Assembly: GCA_965250155.1 (NCBI GenBank)
Contig: OZ252291.1
Location: 2,738,593 to 2,802,592, forward strand
Length of the DNA: 64,000 bases
Reading direction: 5' to 3'
DNA from: Gemmatimonadales bacterium
GTDB lineage: Bacteria; Gemmatimonadota; Gemmatimonadetes; Gemmatimonadales; GWC2-71-9
The notes below the pieces were generated by a model. It made no database searches. It worked only from the letters and a program-made list of their open reading frames with translations, and was not told the DNA's origin. Made by a program: the position numbers and the translations under genes. Shown here one piece after another: positions 46,121-55,993 of this stretch; within the stretch, counting starts at the first letter, position 1, and every line of letters starts with the position of its first letter.

Positions 46121-47589
46121 GAGGCCTGCAGTGGGGGGAGGGGGTTGTCGATGCGGCCGGCAGCGCTCTCCAGCGCGGGTCGAACGACCTCTAAGAGGAG
46201 GTTGAGATCCAGCATCAGCGACGGACGCCCCAGACGGCGCCGCAGGTGAAGCGAGCCAACCCAACCGGCGCCGTCGAACGGGCAAGTCACCTCCCATTCG
46301 TCGTGCTGACGTTCAACCTTGCCTTCTTGGAAGGCGTCGTCGACGAGGTGCCAGGTCAGCGTGGCGTTTCTTCGATCGTGCGGAGGGGCAACCGTGAGTA
46401 TGATCTCGTCGAACTCTGAGCGGCGGAACAGAATCGCCAGCGCTGCATGGAGGTCGGACAGCGTGTGGGCGCTCTCCAACCGCTCGGCGGCACGTCGCAA
46501 CTGGACGTTCATGGCAATCGAGCGAGGTTGTAAGACTCCACGTCGCGCCAAGCGGGCAAGCTCGTTTAGCTCGTGCAGTCGGAGGAAGCGAACCACCACG
46601 AGCGTTGCCATTCCCACGATGGTCAGCACGACTGCAAAGGAGCGCACTCCCGGATTGAGGAAGAGCATTGCCAGCAAGGCAAACCCAGCGCTTGCCGCAT
46701 AGATGATCCCGGACACCTGCCGGGGTGAATACCCGAACTGTTGCAACCGGTGATGAACGTGTTCCCGGTCTCGCTGAAAGACCGGCTGGCCTCTCATCTT
46801 CCGGCGAATAAGGGTCAGTGTCGTGTCGAACACCGGCACTGCAAACGCCACGAGGGGCACGGCAATGGCCACCAGGGTCGGAGCCTTCGTCGATCCTTCC
46901 ACGGCGAGACCCGCCAGGAGAAAACCGGCGAACAGGCTGCCCGAATCACCCAGGAAAGCGCGAGCCGGCGGAAAGTTGAACGGGAGGAAGCCGAGGAGCG
47001 CCCCGGCAAGCGCGGCGGCCACCAAGCCGATAGCCGGGTGGCCCAGCGCCACAGACATGATGAACACCGCGGTGGCACTGAAGAACGCCGACCCCGTGGC
47101 CACGCCATCGGCCCCATCCAGCAGGTTGAATGCGTTGGCGATCCCGACGAGCCACAGAACGGTGAACGCGAGCCCGAAAACCGGCCCCAGTTCCAGGCGT
47201 CCCAGGGGAAAAGACAACAGCTCGATGCGCACTCCCATCCCGATCACGGCGAGGGCAATGAGAATCTGCCCGGCGAACTTGGCCGCTGCCGGAACGGGGT
47301 AGATGTCGTCCACAGCGCCGAGCAACAGAATGCCCGCTGCCCCAATCAAAACCGGGCCGACGGACCCCGAAATGGCGAGGAGGGTGGAACCGGTGGGGGC
47401 AAAGACCACGCCCACGAGCAGCAGCGCCGCGCCTCCCCCCAACGCTAGCGCCCAGCCTCCTACCCGTGGGACGGCAGGCTCCCGTGTGTTGTCGAGGGCG
47501 CCGATCCTGGTGCCGAGCACCATCAGCAGCGGCAAGGTGACCGCCGACGATATCGCTGCTACCGCAAAAACGAGCAGGTACGAACCCAC
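46117..47589 (-). CDS. Undecaprenyl-phosphate sugar-1-phosphate transferase (WecA/MraY family) with a ~155-aa C-terminal cytoplasmic extension
   Basis: Multi-TM N-terminal ~335 aa with MraY/WecA motifs (AFNLLDGADGVA, FLGDSGSLFAGF, VFQRDREHVHHRL), then a soluble domain with no motif I recognise. Confidence 0.85.
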   Translation of the reverse strand: MGSYLLVFAVAAISSAVTLPLLMVLGTRIGALDNTREPAVPRVGGWALALGGGAALLLVGVVFAPTGSTLLAISGSVGPVLIGAAGILLLGAVDDIYPVPAAAKFAGQILIALAVIGMGVRIELLSFPLGRLELGPVFGLAFTVLWLVGIANAFNLLDGADGVATGSAFFSATAVFIMSVALGHPAIGLVAAALAGALLGFLPFNFPPARAFLGDSGSLFAGFLLAGLAVEGSTKAPTLVAIAVPLVAFAVPVFDTTLTLIRRKMRGQPVFQRDREHVHHRLQQFGYSPRQVSGIIYAASAGFALLAMLFLNPGVRSFAVVLTIVGMATLVVVRFLRLHELNELARLARRGVLQPRSIAMNVQLRRAAERLESAHTLSDLHAALAILFRRSEFDEIILTVAPPHDRRNATLTWHLVDDAFQEGKVERQHDEWEVTCPFDGAGWVGSLHLRRRLGRPSLMLDLNLLLEVVRPALESAAGRIDNPLPPLQAS

Positions 47590-47795
47590 GAGAGGCTTCC
47601 TTGAGGTGGAGAATCTTGTGACAAAGACTGCGTCACATCATCGGGTTGTCAACACTGAGTTCGGGGTCGATTGGGTGGAGCAGAGGGGTGGCCTCCTCCC
47701 TCCTCCGTCGATTCCCGTGAGCCTAATCACCGCGAATTTGCGCTTTTTAACGAAATACTTATCGTACATGAAATTCACCTCGCCGCGGCTTTAGC

Positions 47796-49256
47796 ATGAG
47801 CACACTCGCGCTCCTACTCCCCTTTGTTGCAGCCATCGTTGCACTCGCTCGGGCGAGCTGGTTCTGGGGACTGATGGTGTTCTTCATCTACTTGTCGATC
47901 GAAGGCCTGGTCAAGCTCCTCGGGAATTATCACCCGATCGTGCACATCGGAGTGGACATCGTCTTGTGGGCCATTGTCGGTGTCTGGGTGGCGAAAGCGA
48001 TACTTCAAAGGCGCACACAGCTCCCCAAGGTCCCGTTCTTCACGGTGCTGGTGTTACACGTCATCTGGGTCTCTCTGTTGGTGTTCAGCCCATACACGGC
48101 GAGCATTTTCGTCGGGGTGGCATCGCTCAAGATCCATCTATCCATGATCCCACTGTACTTTCTCGGATTTTTGTTTGCATCGAGCGCCGACACGCCGCTC
48201 CGCTTCATCAGGGCTCTGACGGTGGTGTGGTGCTTTGCCTTCGCCCTCACATTAGTTCAGTACATGGGCGGGCCGGGGAGTTCGTTCGACTTCAGCGGGC
48301 CGGCGCTGAGCCGGTTCTGGTACATCCACGAGTGGCGGCCTTTCGGCACCACCGCCCTACCCGGCGGAGAAGCTGTCTTCGCCCTCCTGGCCCTGCCCTT
48401 TGCACTCTACCTAATTCTCAGTGGTCGTCACCGGCTCCGCGATCCATGGATCGCCGCGACGATCGTCGGAAGCCTCGCGGTATTCTTCGTGTCCGGTGTG
48501 CGGCAACTGTTTCTGGGAGGCTTCCTCATAGTTATGGGAATGATGGGGCTTCAGATCATGCGCGGGCGCGGACGCGCGGTCGGCGTGTCGGTGGCACTCG
48601 CCGGCCTCGGAGCCGCTACGTACATCGGCGTGGCCGAATACGTTCTTCCGGCGGCGCAGACGTCCTTGGAAGAAGCCACCGACATTCCGAACATTTGGCG
48701 CGAGCGTAACCCCTTGGACCGTTTCGAGACGTTGTTGCACGCCGAGACCTATCGGGCTGCTCGGAAGGGGGGCATCGCGCTGGTGTGGGACAGAATCAGA
48801 TCCGCGCCGTTGGGTGTCGGACTCGGAAGGACGGGATCGGCGGCATCTGCACTCGGATCGAACCTGAGAGACGACCGGTTCAACGCCCAACTGCAACAGG
48901 AATTTGAATTCCAGGACAATTTCTTTGCCGCCATGATAGTCGAAACCGGCATCCCGGGCACGTTGTTGCTGACCATAATAATGATCGGTCTGGGGATACG
49001 AGCCGTGCGCTTGTCTCGCCAAGCGCCCACCGTGGAAGACAGCGTTTTTGGATCACTCGTTGCCGGATACATGCTTGCGATGTTCATCATGTCTTGGGGA
49101 TCACAACCGCTGTTGGCCAACCCTACAATCGCCTTCTTCTGGTTCCTGGGAGGCATGGCCAGCCGGCGGCTTCAGGACGTTCAGGACCAACAAGCGGGAG
49201 AAACCGCCGTAACACCGGAACCTATCGCAGCGTCGCAATCCGCAGCTGTCGTTTGA
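47796..49256 (+). CDS. O-antigen ligase/polymerase-like (Wzy_C family) membrane protein
   Basis: 486 aa, ~10-12 predicted TM helices with a large loop. Lower GC than its surroundings. Located in the glycan cluster. Confidence 0.75.
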   Translation: MSTLALLLPFVAAIVALARASWFWGLMVFFIYLSIEGLVKLLGNYHPIVHIGVDIVLWAIVGVWVAKAILQRRTQLPKVPFFTVLVLHVIWVSLLVFSPYTASIFVGVASLKIHLSMIPLYFLGFLFASSADTPLRFIRALTVVWCFAFALTLVQYMGGPGSSFDFSGPALSRFWYIHEWRPFGTTALPGGEAVFALLALPFALYLILSGRHRLRDPWIAATIVGSLAVFFVSGVRQLFLGGFLIVMGMMGLQIMRGRGRAVGVSVALAGLGAATYIGVAEYVLPAAQTSLEEATDIPNIWRERNPLDRFETLLHAETYRAARKGGIALVWDRIRSAPLGVGLGRTGSAASALGSNLRDDRFNAQLQQEFEFQDNFFAAMIVETGIPGTLLLTIIMIGLGIRAVRLSRQAPTVEDSVFGSLVAGYMLAMFIMSWGSQPLLANPTIAFFWFLGGMASRRLQDVQDQQAGETAVTPEPIAASQSAAVV

Positions 49257-49270
49257 ATGGCGTCCCCGCC

Positions 49271-50452
49271 GTGACCACACGACGCATCCTACTGGTGATG
49301 CCTGATCCACCCCTGCCGTTCGGTAATGCTGCGGCGCGATGGTATTACGTACTGCTGAAGGGATTAGTGGAGCGTGGCAACGACGTCAGTGCATTCGCGG
49401 CGTGCTCCTATCGTGAGGACGTTCCGGCTGCGCGGGAGCTGTTTCCCGCGCCTGACTACAAGCTCCGCGTGTTCCCCTACCCCAAACGCGGAACAGGATT
49501 GCGCAGCAAATGGGAAACCTTTCGACGACCCTACTCCTATATGTTCGGCCCGGACTTGAAGCAGAGCCTGCAGGCGGAACTGGAGCGCGGTTTTGACATC
49601 CTGCATCTCGAGCAGGTGTGGGCCGGATGGCTCGGGTTGCGGCACGTCGATCACGCCCTGCTCAACGTTCACTACCTCGTCGACATCGATCTCGCGGAAG
49701 TCAGAGCCGACAACCCAGTCACTGCTCTCAGAAGAGCCGTTACGCGTCGCGCCGAGCGGCGCATCCTGGCCCGCTATCGAACCATCAGTGCCCTAACCGA
49801 TCGACTCGCCGCGCGCGTGGCATCGTTCGCACCTCGGGCCACGGTCCACACGGTTCCACTGGGCATGGACCTCGGCTTCTATCCCCTCCGCCGGGTCGAC
49901 CACGCAGCTCCCGACCGACGCCCCACCCTGAGTCTCATCGGATCGTTCAACTGGGAGTCGACCTCGTCGGCGGCACGACGGCTGCTCACCCGATTGTGGC
50001 CCGAGATCGCGCGTCGCGTGCCCGCCGCTCGGCTGCAGATCGTGGGGCGCGAGGCAGAACGCACCTTGGGGGAGTTTACCGGAACCGAGCGGGTCTCCAT
50101 CGTCGAGAACGTTCCGGACATCATGCCCTATTTCTACGAGGCCGACGTAATGCTCTACGCCCCCACACGGGGAAGCGGCATGAAGGTGAAGGTGCTGGAG
50201 GCGTTTGCTCTCGGCGTGCCCGTGGTGACGAACCAGGACGGCGTGGAGGGACTGATGGTCGGGGACCGGGTCCACGCCGACGTCACCGACGACGATGCCG
50301 AGTTGATCGATCGGACGGTTGCGCTGTTGCAAGATCCGGGCTTGCGGGCCCGCAGAGCTGCGGCGGCACGAACGTTGGTGGAACAGCAGTGCGCCCCCGG
50401 TCGAGTGCTCGATATCTTGGACACCGCCTACCAGTCAGTCTCGCAGGGCTAA
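49271..50452 (+). CDS. Glycosyltransferase family 4 (GT-B)
   Basis: RRILLVMPDPPLPFGNAAARWYY... and C-terminal GSGMKVKVLEAFALGVPVVTN. Start assigned to GTG 49271, just after the wzy-like stop. Confidence 0.82.
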   Translation: MTTRRILLVMPDPPLPFGNAAARWYYVLLKGLVERGNDVSAFAACSYREDVPAARELFPAPDYKLRVFPYPKRGTGLRSKWETFRRPYSYMFGPDLKQSLQAELERGFDILHLEQVWAGWLGLRHVDHALLNVHYLVDIDLAEVRADNPVTALRRAVTRRAERRILARYRTISALTDRLAARVASFAPRATVHTVPLGMDLGFYPLRRVDHAAPDRRPTLSLIGSFNWESTSSAARRLLTRLWPEIARRVPAARLQIVGREAERTLGEFTGTERVSIVENVPDIMPYFYEADVMLYAPTRGSGMKVKVLEAFALGVPVVTNQDGVEGLMVGDRVHADVTDDDAELIDRTVALLQDPGLRARRAAAARTLVEQQCAPGRVLDILDTAYQSVSQG

Positions 50453-50458
50453 CGAGAG

Positions 50459-51593
50459 ATGCGTGTCGCGTTCAACGCCCGGCTCTTGTACGACCCAACG
50501 TTGCGCGGATGGAATCGCTACACGGTGAACCTGATAGCTGAGCTACTTTCGCTAGGGGTCGAAGCCTTTCTCTATTACAGACCGGCCTTTGCACAACGAC
50601 CACTTGGACCGGCTTAGTAGTGGTAACCGTCAAGTCCGCGTCGCACCACCGATGCGGTATATCTGGTGGGAACATCGTTGGCTCCCCCACCAATGCCGTA
50701 TTGACGATGTGGAGTTACTCCACTGTCCATTCAATTTTGGATTGCCTGCGTTTTCACACTGTGCTCGTGTCTTGACGCTACACGACGCGATAGGCCAAGG
50801 CTCTGGAATCGAGTTCCGTCGAGGCCAGATATTGCCGCGACTTTACCATTGGATTGCTCGAAAGCGGGCGCATCACGTAATCACGCCGAGCCACCACGCC
50901 AAGAGAGAGATTACCACTCGGCTCGGCATTGCGGCGCCCAAGGTTACGGTTATCTATGAGGCCGCCGACCTCCGCTTCCACCAACCGACCGTTCCGGCGA
51001 CAATTCAACACGTGCGGATGAGACACGACCTCTCCAGACCGTTTGTGTTTTATGTTGGCGGGTGGGAAAAACGCAAGAACCTACCCTTCTTGCTGAGGGC
51101 GTTCGCCGCCGCCAAAGAGACTACCATCGACCTGGCGCTGGCTGGACAAGCAGACGAGACGACCCGAGTCGCCTTACTTGAACTGGCAACTGCGCTTGGG
51201 ATCGGAAGCCAACTACGGCTGCTCGGAAGGGTTTCCGACGAGGACCTTCCGGCGTTGTATGCGGCAGCATTGTGTTTTGTGTACCCGAGCGTTGACGAGG
51301 GTTTTGGGCTTCAGCTTTGCGAAGTGATGGCCGCTGGTTGTCCGGTTCTTGCTGCAAACAAGACCAGCCTCCCGGAAATCCTCGGAACCGGAGGTGCGTT
51401 GTTCGAAGTGGCCGACCCAAGGGTCCTCGGAAACCTAATTCGCCGTGTGGCTCTGGACCTCGGTTACCGGCAGGAGTTGGTGCGGAAAGCTAGCAATCGC
51501 AGCACGGACTTCTCATGGAGATCGGCGGCAGTGCAGACGATGGAAGTTTACCAACGCCTCCTATCATCCGGACAAGCCGAGCGCCGGCAATGA
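50459..51593 (+). pseudogene. Glycosyltransferase family 4, frameshifted near 50560-50590
   Basis: MRVAFNARLLYDPTLRGWNRYTVNLIAELLSLGVEAFLYY (frame of 50459) continues in another frame as (T)DRPLHNDHLDRL...WWEHRWLP...EGFGLQLCEVMAAGCPVLAANKTSLPEI (ORF 50589-51593). Confidence 0.75.
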
Positions 51594-52324
51594 TATCGCT
51601 TCTCGAGTCGCAAGAAGAAATCAGGTCGGCTCGAGCGACGCTTCGATCCGAAGGCCTGGACTTTGCGCAGCACGGCAGGTTGCGACTCTGGGACATATTG
51701 TATCGAGTTCGATACCGCGTTCCGATGCCCAAGCCCGACCCCATCAAGAGTTGGGATGTTATGAACGCTTTGCAGATCGTCGAGCGAGAAATCCCGGACC
51801 GACGCGCCGGGATCCTCGACATGGGTTGCTATAACTCGGAAATTCTCTACGCCTTGCATGCACGAGGCTACCGCAATCTTCACGGTTGTGACCTCAACCC
51901 CATGTGTCGCCGGATGGCGTTTTGGCATGCTGTTCGATACCGCCAGGCAGATATGACTGCAACGCTCTACCCTGACGCGAAATTCGCTGCAGTTACATGC
52001 CTGTCTGTGATCGAGCACGGGGTCCCAATCGAGGCGCTCCTGAAAGAACTCAAACGCCTCCTCCAACCAGACGGGATATTCATCTTCACAACAGATTACG
52101 ACGCTACCGGAGGTGGTGAAGCGGCTGTGACGGAGATGCGTCCTTTCGGTTTGGAATGGCAGATTTACTCCAGACAAACGCTTCGACATTTATTGGGTCG
52201 CTTCGAGCAGGCTGGTTTCACGTTGTTGGACCAAGACGGTAGGCTGCCGACGCATCACCGGCGCCCGATCACTTGGAACGGCAAGCAATACACATTCGCC
52301 TTGGCGGCTCTTCGGGCACCATGA
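51590..52324 (+). CDS. Class I SAM-dependent methyltransferase
   Basis: ILDMGCYNSEILYAL (motif I), ...CLSVIEHG..., LLKELKRLLQPDGIFIFTT. ATGA overlap with the preceding gene at 51590. Confidence 0.8.
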   Translation: MISLLESQEEIRSARATLRSEGLDFAQHGRLRLWDILYRVRYRVPMPKPDPIKSWDVMNALQIVEREIPDRRAGILDMGCYNSEILYALHARGYRNLHGCDLNPMCRRMAFWHAVRYRQADMTATLYPDAKFAAVTCLSVIEHGVPIEALLKELKRLLQPDGIFIFTTDYDATGGGEAAVTEMRPFGLEWQIYSRQTLRHLLGRFEQAGFTLLDQDGRLPTHHRRPITWNGKQYTFALAALRAP

Positions 52325-53433
52325 GACCGCCACGCGTGGTGTTGGTGAGCGGGAACGCCCCACCGACGATCGACGGCGTCGGCGACTATACGAATCGGTT
52401 GCTACAACATTTGAGGCCCGAGCGACCTGCGTGGTCTTGGTTCTGGCTGAGCCGGCGCCCCCGGTGGTTCAGCCCGCCACTCCGGCGTCGTAATGGGATT
52501 ACCAGACTTCAGCCCGGCCACACTTGGACGCGTCGTGACCTCATGTTCGTCCGCTCCAGCCTGTCGCTGCTCAAGCCGGACATCGTACATATTCAGGACC
52601 AGATCCACTCGTTTCACGAAACAGATGCGGCGGCTCAGATTGCGAAAGCGACACGCAGCCCGGTGGTTACAACGCTGCATGAGTTTCATGTCGAACTTAC
52701 CAGCGTCTGCCATTCCGTTGATCTGGTTCATGCGTCGGATCATCTAATCGCCAACGATCGCCGGTGCGCAGCAAACTGTCTCGAGCTGACTTCTCGAGAA
52801 CCGGATCACATATGGTGGAGTCCAAGCAACGTACCGCCCCCGGATCCTGGCTGGAGCGTACAATCAACGCCAGGCGCGGTCACGACGTTCGGCCAAATCA
52901 ACAGGATCAGATCTTTTTACGCAGTGCGTGACGCCCTCCAGAAGTTACGAGCGCGTATACCGAGTCTGCGTTGGCACATCGTGGGCCCATTCGCCCCCCA
53001 ATCGGAACCACTCCATGCGAAGCTTGCCGGCGACCTCAACGCTGACTGGATAACGTTCACTGGTGGCCCTGCGCAACTCAACGACCGCGACTTCCGAATT
53101 GCGCTAGCTCAAAGCGAGTGCATGATACTTCCATATCGCGACGGGGCATCGCCGAGACGCGGCACGCTCCAAGCGGCGTGGGCGTTAGGGATTCCAACCA
53201 TCACCACCGCGCCGGAAGTACACGAGCCCGACATCATCGACGGTACGAATTGCGTGCTGGTCAAAGAGGACACGGCTGAGGCGTGGGAAAGGGCGCTAGA
53301 GCGAGTCCTCTTCAACAACGAGCTCAAGAAGGAACTTCGAGAAGGTGCGCTCTCAACGGCGGAGCGATTCAGCTGGCTAAAGCTGACACGGAAGCACCTC
53401 GACCTTTATGAATTCGTACTCGACGGACAATGA
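52321..53433 (+). CDS. Glycosyltransferase family 4 (GT-B)
   Basis: MRPPRVVLVSGNAPPTIDGVGDYT... and a C-terminal GT-B half (ILPYRDGASPRRGTLQAAWALGIPTITT). ATGA overlap at 52321. Confidence 0.8.
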   Translation: MRPPRVVLVSGNAPPTIDGVGDYTNRLLQHLRPERPAWSWFWLSRRPRWFSPPLRRRNGITRLQPGHTWTRRDLMFVRSSLSLLKPDIVHIQDQIHSFHETDAAAQIAKATRSPVVTTLHEFHVELTSVCHSVDLVHASDHLIANDRRCAANCLELTSREPDHIWWSPSNVPPPDPGWSVQSTPGAVTTFGQINRIRSFYAVRDALQKLRARIPSLRWHIVGPFAPQSEPLHAKLAGDLNADWITFTGGPAQLNDRDFRIALAQSECMILPYRDGASPRRGTLQAAWALGIPTITTAPEVHEPDIIDGTNCVLVKEDTAEAWERALERVLFNNELKKELREGALSTAERFSWLKLTRKHLDLYEFVLDGQ

Positions 53434-54259
53434 CGTGCGGACTCCTGTGATGAACTCGGCCAAATTGGTTATTGGCAAATACCATGCACTTAAATCGCTG
53501 CTGCAGTTCGTCAGGTTCTTCGACAACTGGCGGGAGATTTGGTCGGCCTACCGGCGGAGCGCAACGATCCCCGAGCTTCGCTTCAGAAACGATTTGGTGC
53601 TCTTCCATGGAGCAACGGACGATCCGATCCTACAGTTTCGTGAGATATTCGTCCAGCGATGCTATGTAAGTCACGGGTTTTACAATCCCCGGCCTGGTGA
53701 CACGGTACTCGATGTCGGTGCAAACATCGGATTTTTCGCTCACTTCCTGGCATCCCGGTGCGCTACAACCCGTATTCATAGTTTCGAACCGGGATCCGAA
53801 GCTCGCCAGTTACTGCTGCAGAGCCGAGAAACCAATCGGCTGGAGGAAACCATCACGGTCCATGCGGTGGCCATTTTCGATCGCTCCGATGTCATCCAGC
53901 TTCACAGTGCAAACAATACGGCCCAACGATCGGTCTTCGCGAACGAGTTCATTGACATCAATCAAGAAGCCGAAGAGGTCAAGTCAGTTACGCTGGACGA
54001 AGCGGTGAAGCTGAGTGCGGCTGATCGGATTGCGTTGCTCAAGATCGATACGGAGGGGGCCGAGATAGAGATTGTCGAAGGCGCAAGCCAAGAGGTTTGG
54101 CCGAAGATTGATAGGGTCGCCTTCGAATTCCATGATCACTTCCGCGCAGGATCTCGTGACCGAGTGTGCCGCGTTCTCAAAGCCAACGGTTTTCGGCGCT
54201 TCCGAAATATCGCGTCACCTGCGGACGCAGGATTCGGAGTGGTCCAAGCCGGTCGGTGA
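53408..54259 (+). CDS. FkbM-family SAM methyltransferase #3 (intact)
   Basis: VLDVGANIGFFAHFLASRC...IHSFEPGSEARQLL...LLKIDTEGAEIEIV. The start may be ATG 53450. Confidence 0.85.
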   Translation: MNSYSTDNDVRTPVMNSAKLVIGKYHALKSLLQFVRFFDNWREIWSAYRRSATIPELRFRNDLVLFHGATDDPILQFREIFVQRCYVSHGFYNPRPGDTVLDVGANIGFFAHFLASRCATTRIHSFEPGSEARQLLLQSRETNRLEETITVHAVAIFDRSDVIQLHSANNTAQRSVFANEFIDINQEAEEVKSVTLDEAVKLSAADRIALLKIDTEGAEIEIVEGASQEVWPKIDRVAFEFHDHFRAGSRDRVCRVLKANGFRRFRNIASPADAGFGVVQAGR

Positions 54260-54376
54260 GCGAGATAGAACCGGCTGCAGCGGCGGACCGATTCAACTGG
54301 TCAACGCAGACACGAAGGCACCTCGACTCTCTGGGACGCCGGCTGTCCCGTGATGCAATAGGAGGGACACCGTCGA

Positions 54377-55888
54377 GTGCGAACTAGAAAATCCGCCGCG
54401 AGTTTTGCGACTGACATCGGGCGAACGGGCGTCACCTTGCTCGTCGGGTTGGTCGCCACGCCGTTCCTCCTCAACTGGCTCGGCGAAGCGCGGTTCGGTG
54501 CTCACCGCACGGCAGTGGATTGGGTGGGTTATCTCATCCTGCTGGAGCTGGGCATCGGCGGGGCATTGCTGCCCATGCTCGCCCGCGCCTTCGGCGGCAA
54601 GGACGCCGGCGAGGTGCGAGCCGCGCTCGTGGCAGGCACCCGGGCCCTCGGCCGTGTCACGCTGGTGGCGCTGGCCCTCGGCGGCGCGCTCGCTTTCTTC
54701 ATCACCCGGCTCATTCCGGTGGGCGACACCCTCGCCGGCGATCTGCGATGGGGTTTCGTGCTCGGCCTGGCCGGCTTGCTGTTTCTGCTCTTCTCTCCGT
54801 TGCGAACATTGCAGGAAGCCCGACAGCGAGGCTACGTGGTCAACACGCTCCTGCTGCTGCAGAGCCTGCTCATAACGGGACTCGCTCTGCTATTCGCATG
54901 GAAGGGGTGGGGCATCACCGGTCAGTTCGCCGCCGCCCTCATCGGCGGGATTCCGTTCTTCATGGTTCTGGCATGGATGGCAAAGCGGGCTTACCCCGGC
55001 GTCTTGCGTTCTCTGTTCACCGCCCGCGCCGACGCCTCGGCATCCCGCAGCCTGCGCCGCCTGAGCCCACCCGCCTTCGTCTTGAACCTCTGCGGTCACG
55101 TGAGCCTGATGACCGACAACATCGTGGTTGCCTTCGTTATGGGGCCGGCCATCGTGGCGCCGTTTTTCATAACGCAGCGACTCGCAGCATTATTCCAGGG
55201 CCAACTGCAATCTTTGGGAAACTCCAGCTGGGCGGGTCTCGCCGAACTGCACGTCCAAGGACAACGAAACGTGTTCAACGAGCGCGTTATCGACCTCACC
55301 CGAATCATCGCCGTGGTGGGCATGGCCGGGCTGATCCCCATCGCCGTGTACAACGAGCAATTCGTGAGGCTGTGGGTGGGCTCGGCACGTTACGCCGGCG
55401 ACGCGGTGACGCTGTTGGCGGCGTTAAATGCCTATCTGTTGGCCATCGGGTCTCTCTGGGGATGGTGCTTCAACGGAACGGGACACATTCGGGAACTGGT
55501 TCCGGCATCGGTCGTCGCCACGGTCATCAATCTCACCGCGAGCCTCGCGTTGGTGAAACCGTTGGGCATGGCCGGCCCGCTGTTGGGAACCACACTCGGC
55601 TTCGTGGCGGTGAGCGTGTGGTACGTACCGGTGCTGATGCATCGCGTGTTCGACACGAACGCGTTACGCCTCGCAGGAGCCGTCGCGCTGCCCTTGATCG
55701 TGGGATTGCCGTACGGCGCGGGGATTCACTGGATAGCCCTGGCTCAGAGTCAACCAGGATGGATAGAACTGGCGCTGAGCATGCTCGCCGCAGCCATGCT
55801 ATTCGTTCTACTCTGCTGGTTCTTGATCTTGAAGGGATCGGAGCGGCAGCAGCACTTGGAGCAGATCCGGGCGGTGTTCCGACGCTAG
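54377..55888 (+). CDS. wzx: Oligosaccharide flippase (Wzx, MOP superfamily polysaccharide biosynthesis protein)
   Basis: 503 aa, ~12-14 TM helices, typical Wzx-like composition and cluster context. Confidence 0.8.
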   Translation: MRTRKSAASFATDIGRTGVTLLVGLVATPFLLNWLGEARFGAHRTAVDWVGYLILLELGIGGALLPMLARAFGGKDAGEVRAALVAGTRALGRVTLVALALGGALAFFITRLIPVGDTLAGDLRWGFVLGLAGLLFLLFSPLRTLQEARQRGYVVNTLLLLQSLLITGLALLFAWKGWGITGQFAAALIGGIPFFMVLAWMAKRAYPGVLRSLFTARADASASRSLRRLSPPAFVLNLCGHVSLMTDNIVVAFVMGPAIVAPFFITQRLAALFQGQLQSLGNSSWAGLAELHVQGQRNVFNERVIDLTRIIAVVGMAGLIPIAVYNEQFVRLWVGSARYAGDAVTLLAALNAYLLAIGSLWGWCFNGTGHIRELVPASVVATVINLTASLALVKPLGMAGPLLGTTLGFVAVSVWYVPVLMHRVFDTNALRLAGAVALPLIVGLPYGAGIHWIALAQSQPGWIELALSMLAAAMLFVLLCWFLILKGSERQQHLEQIRAVFRR

Positions 55889-55993
55889 ATAAAGTACCCC
55901 ACCCCTTTCCCCACACAAGGGAGTCGGGAGTGGGTAGTAGGAAGCAGGGAGCAGGGAGCAGGCCAGCTAGGACACGATTTCAGATTGCGATCG

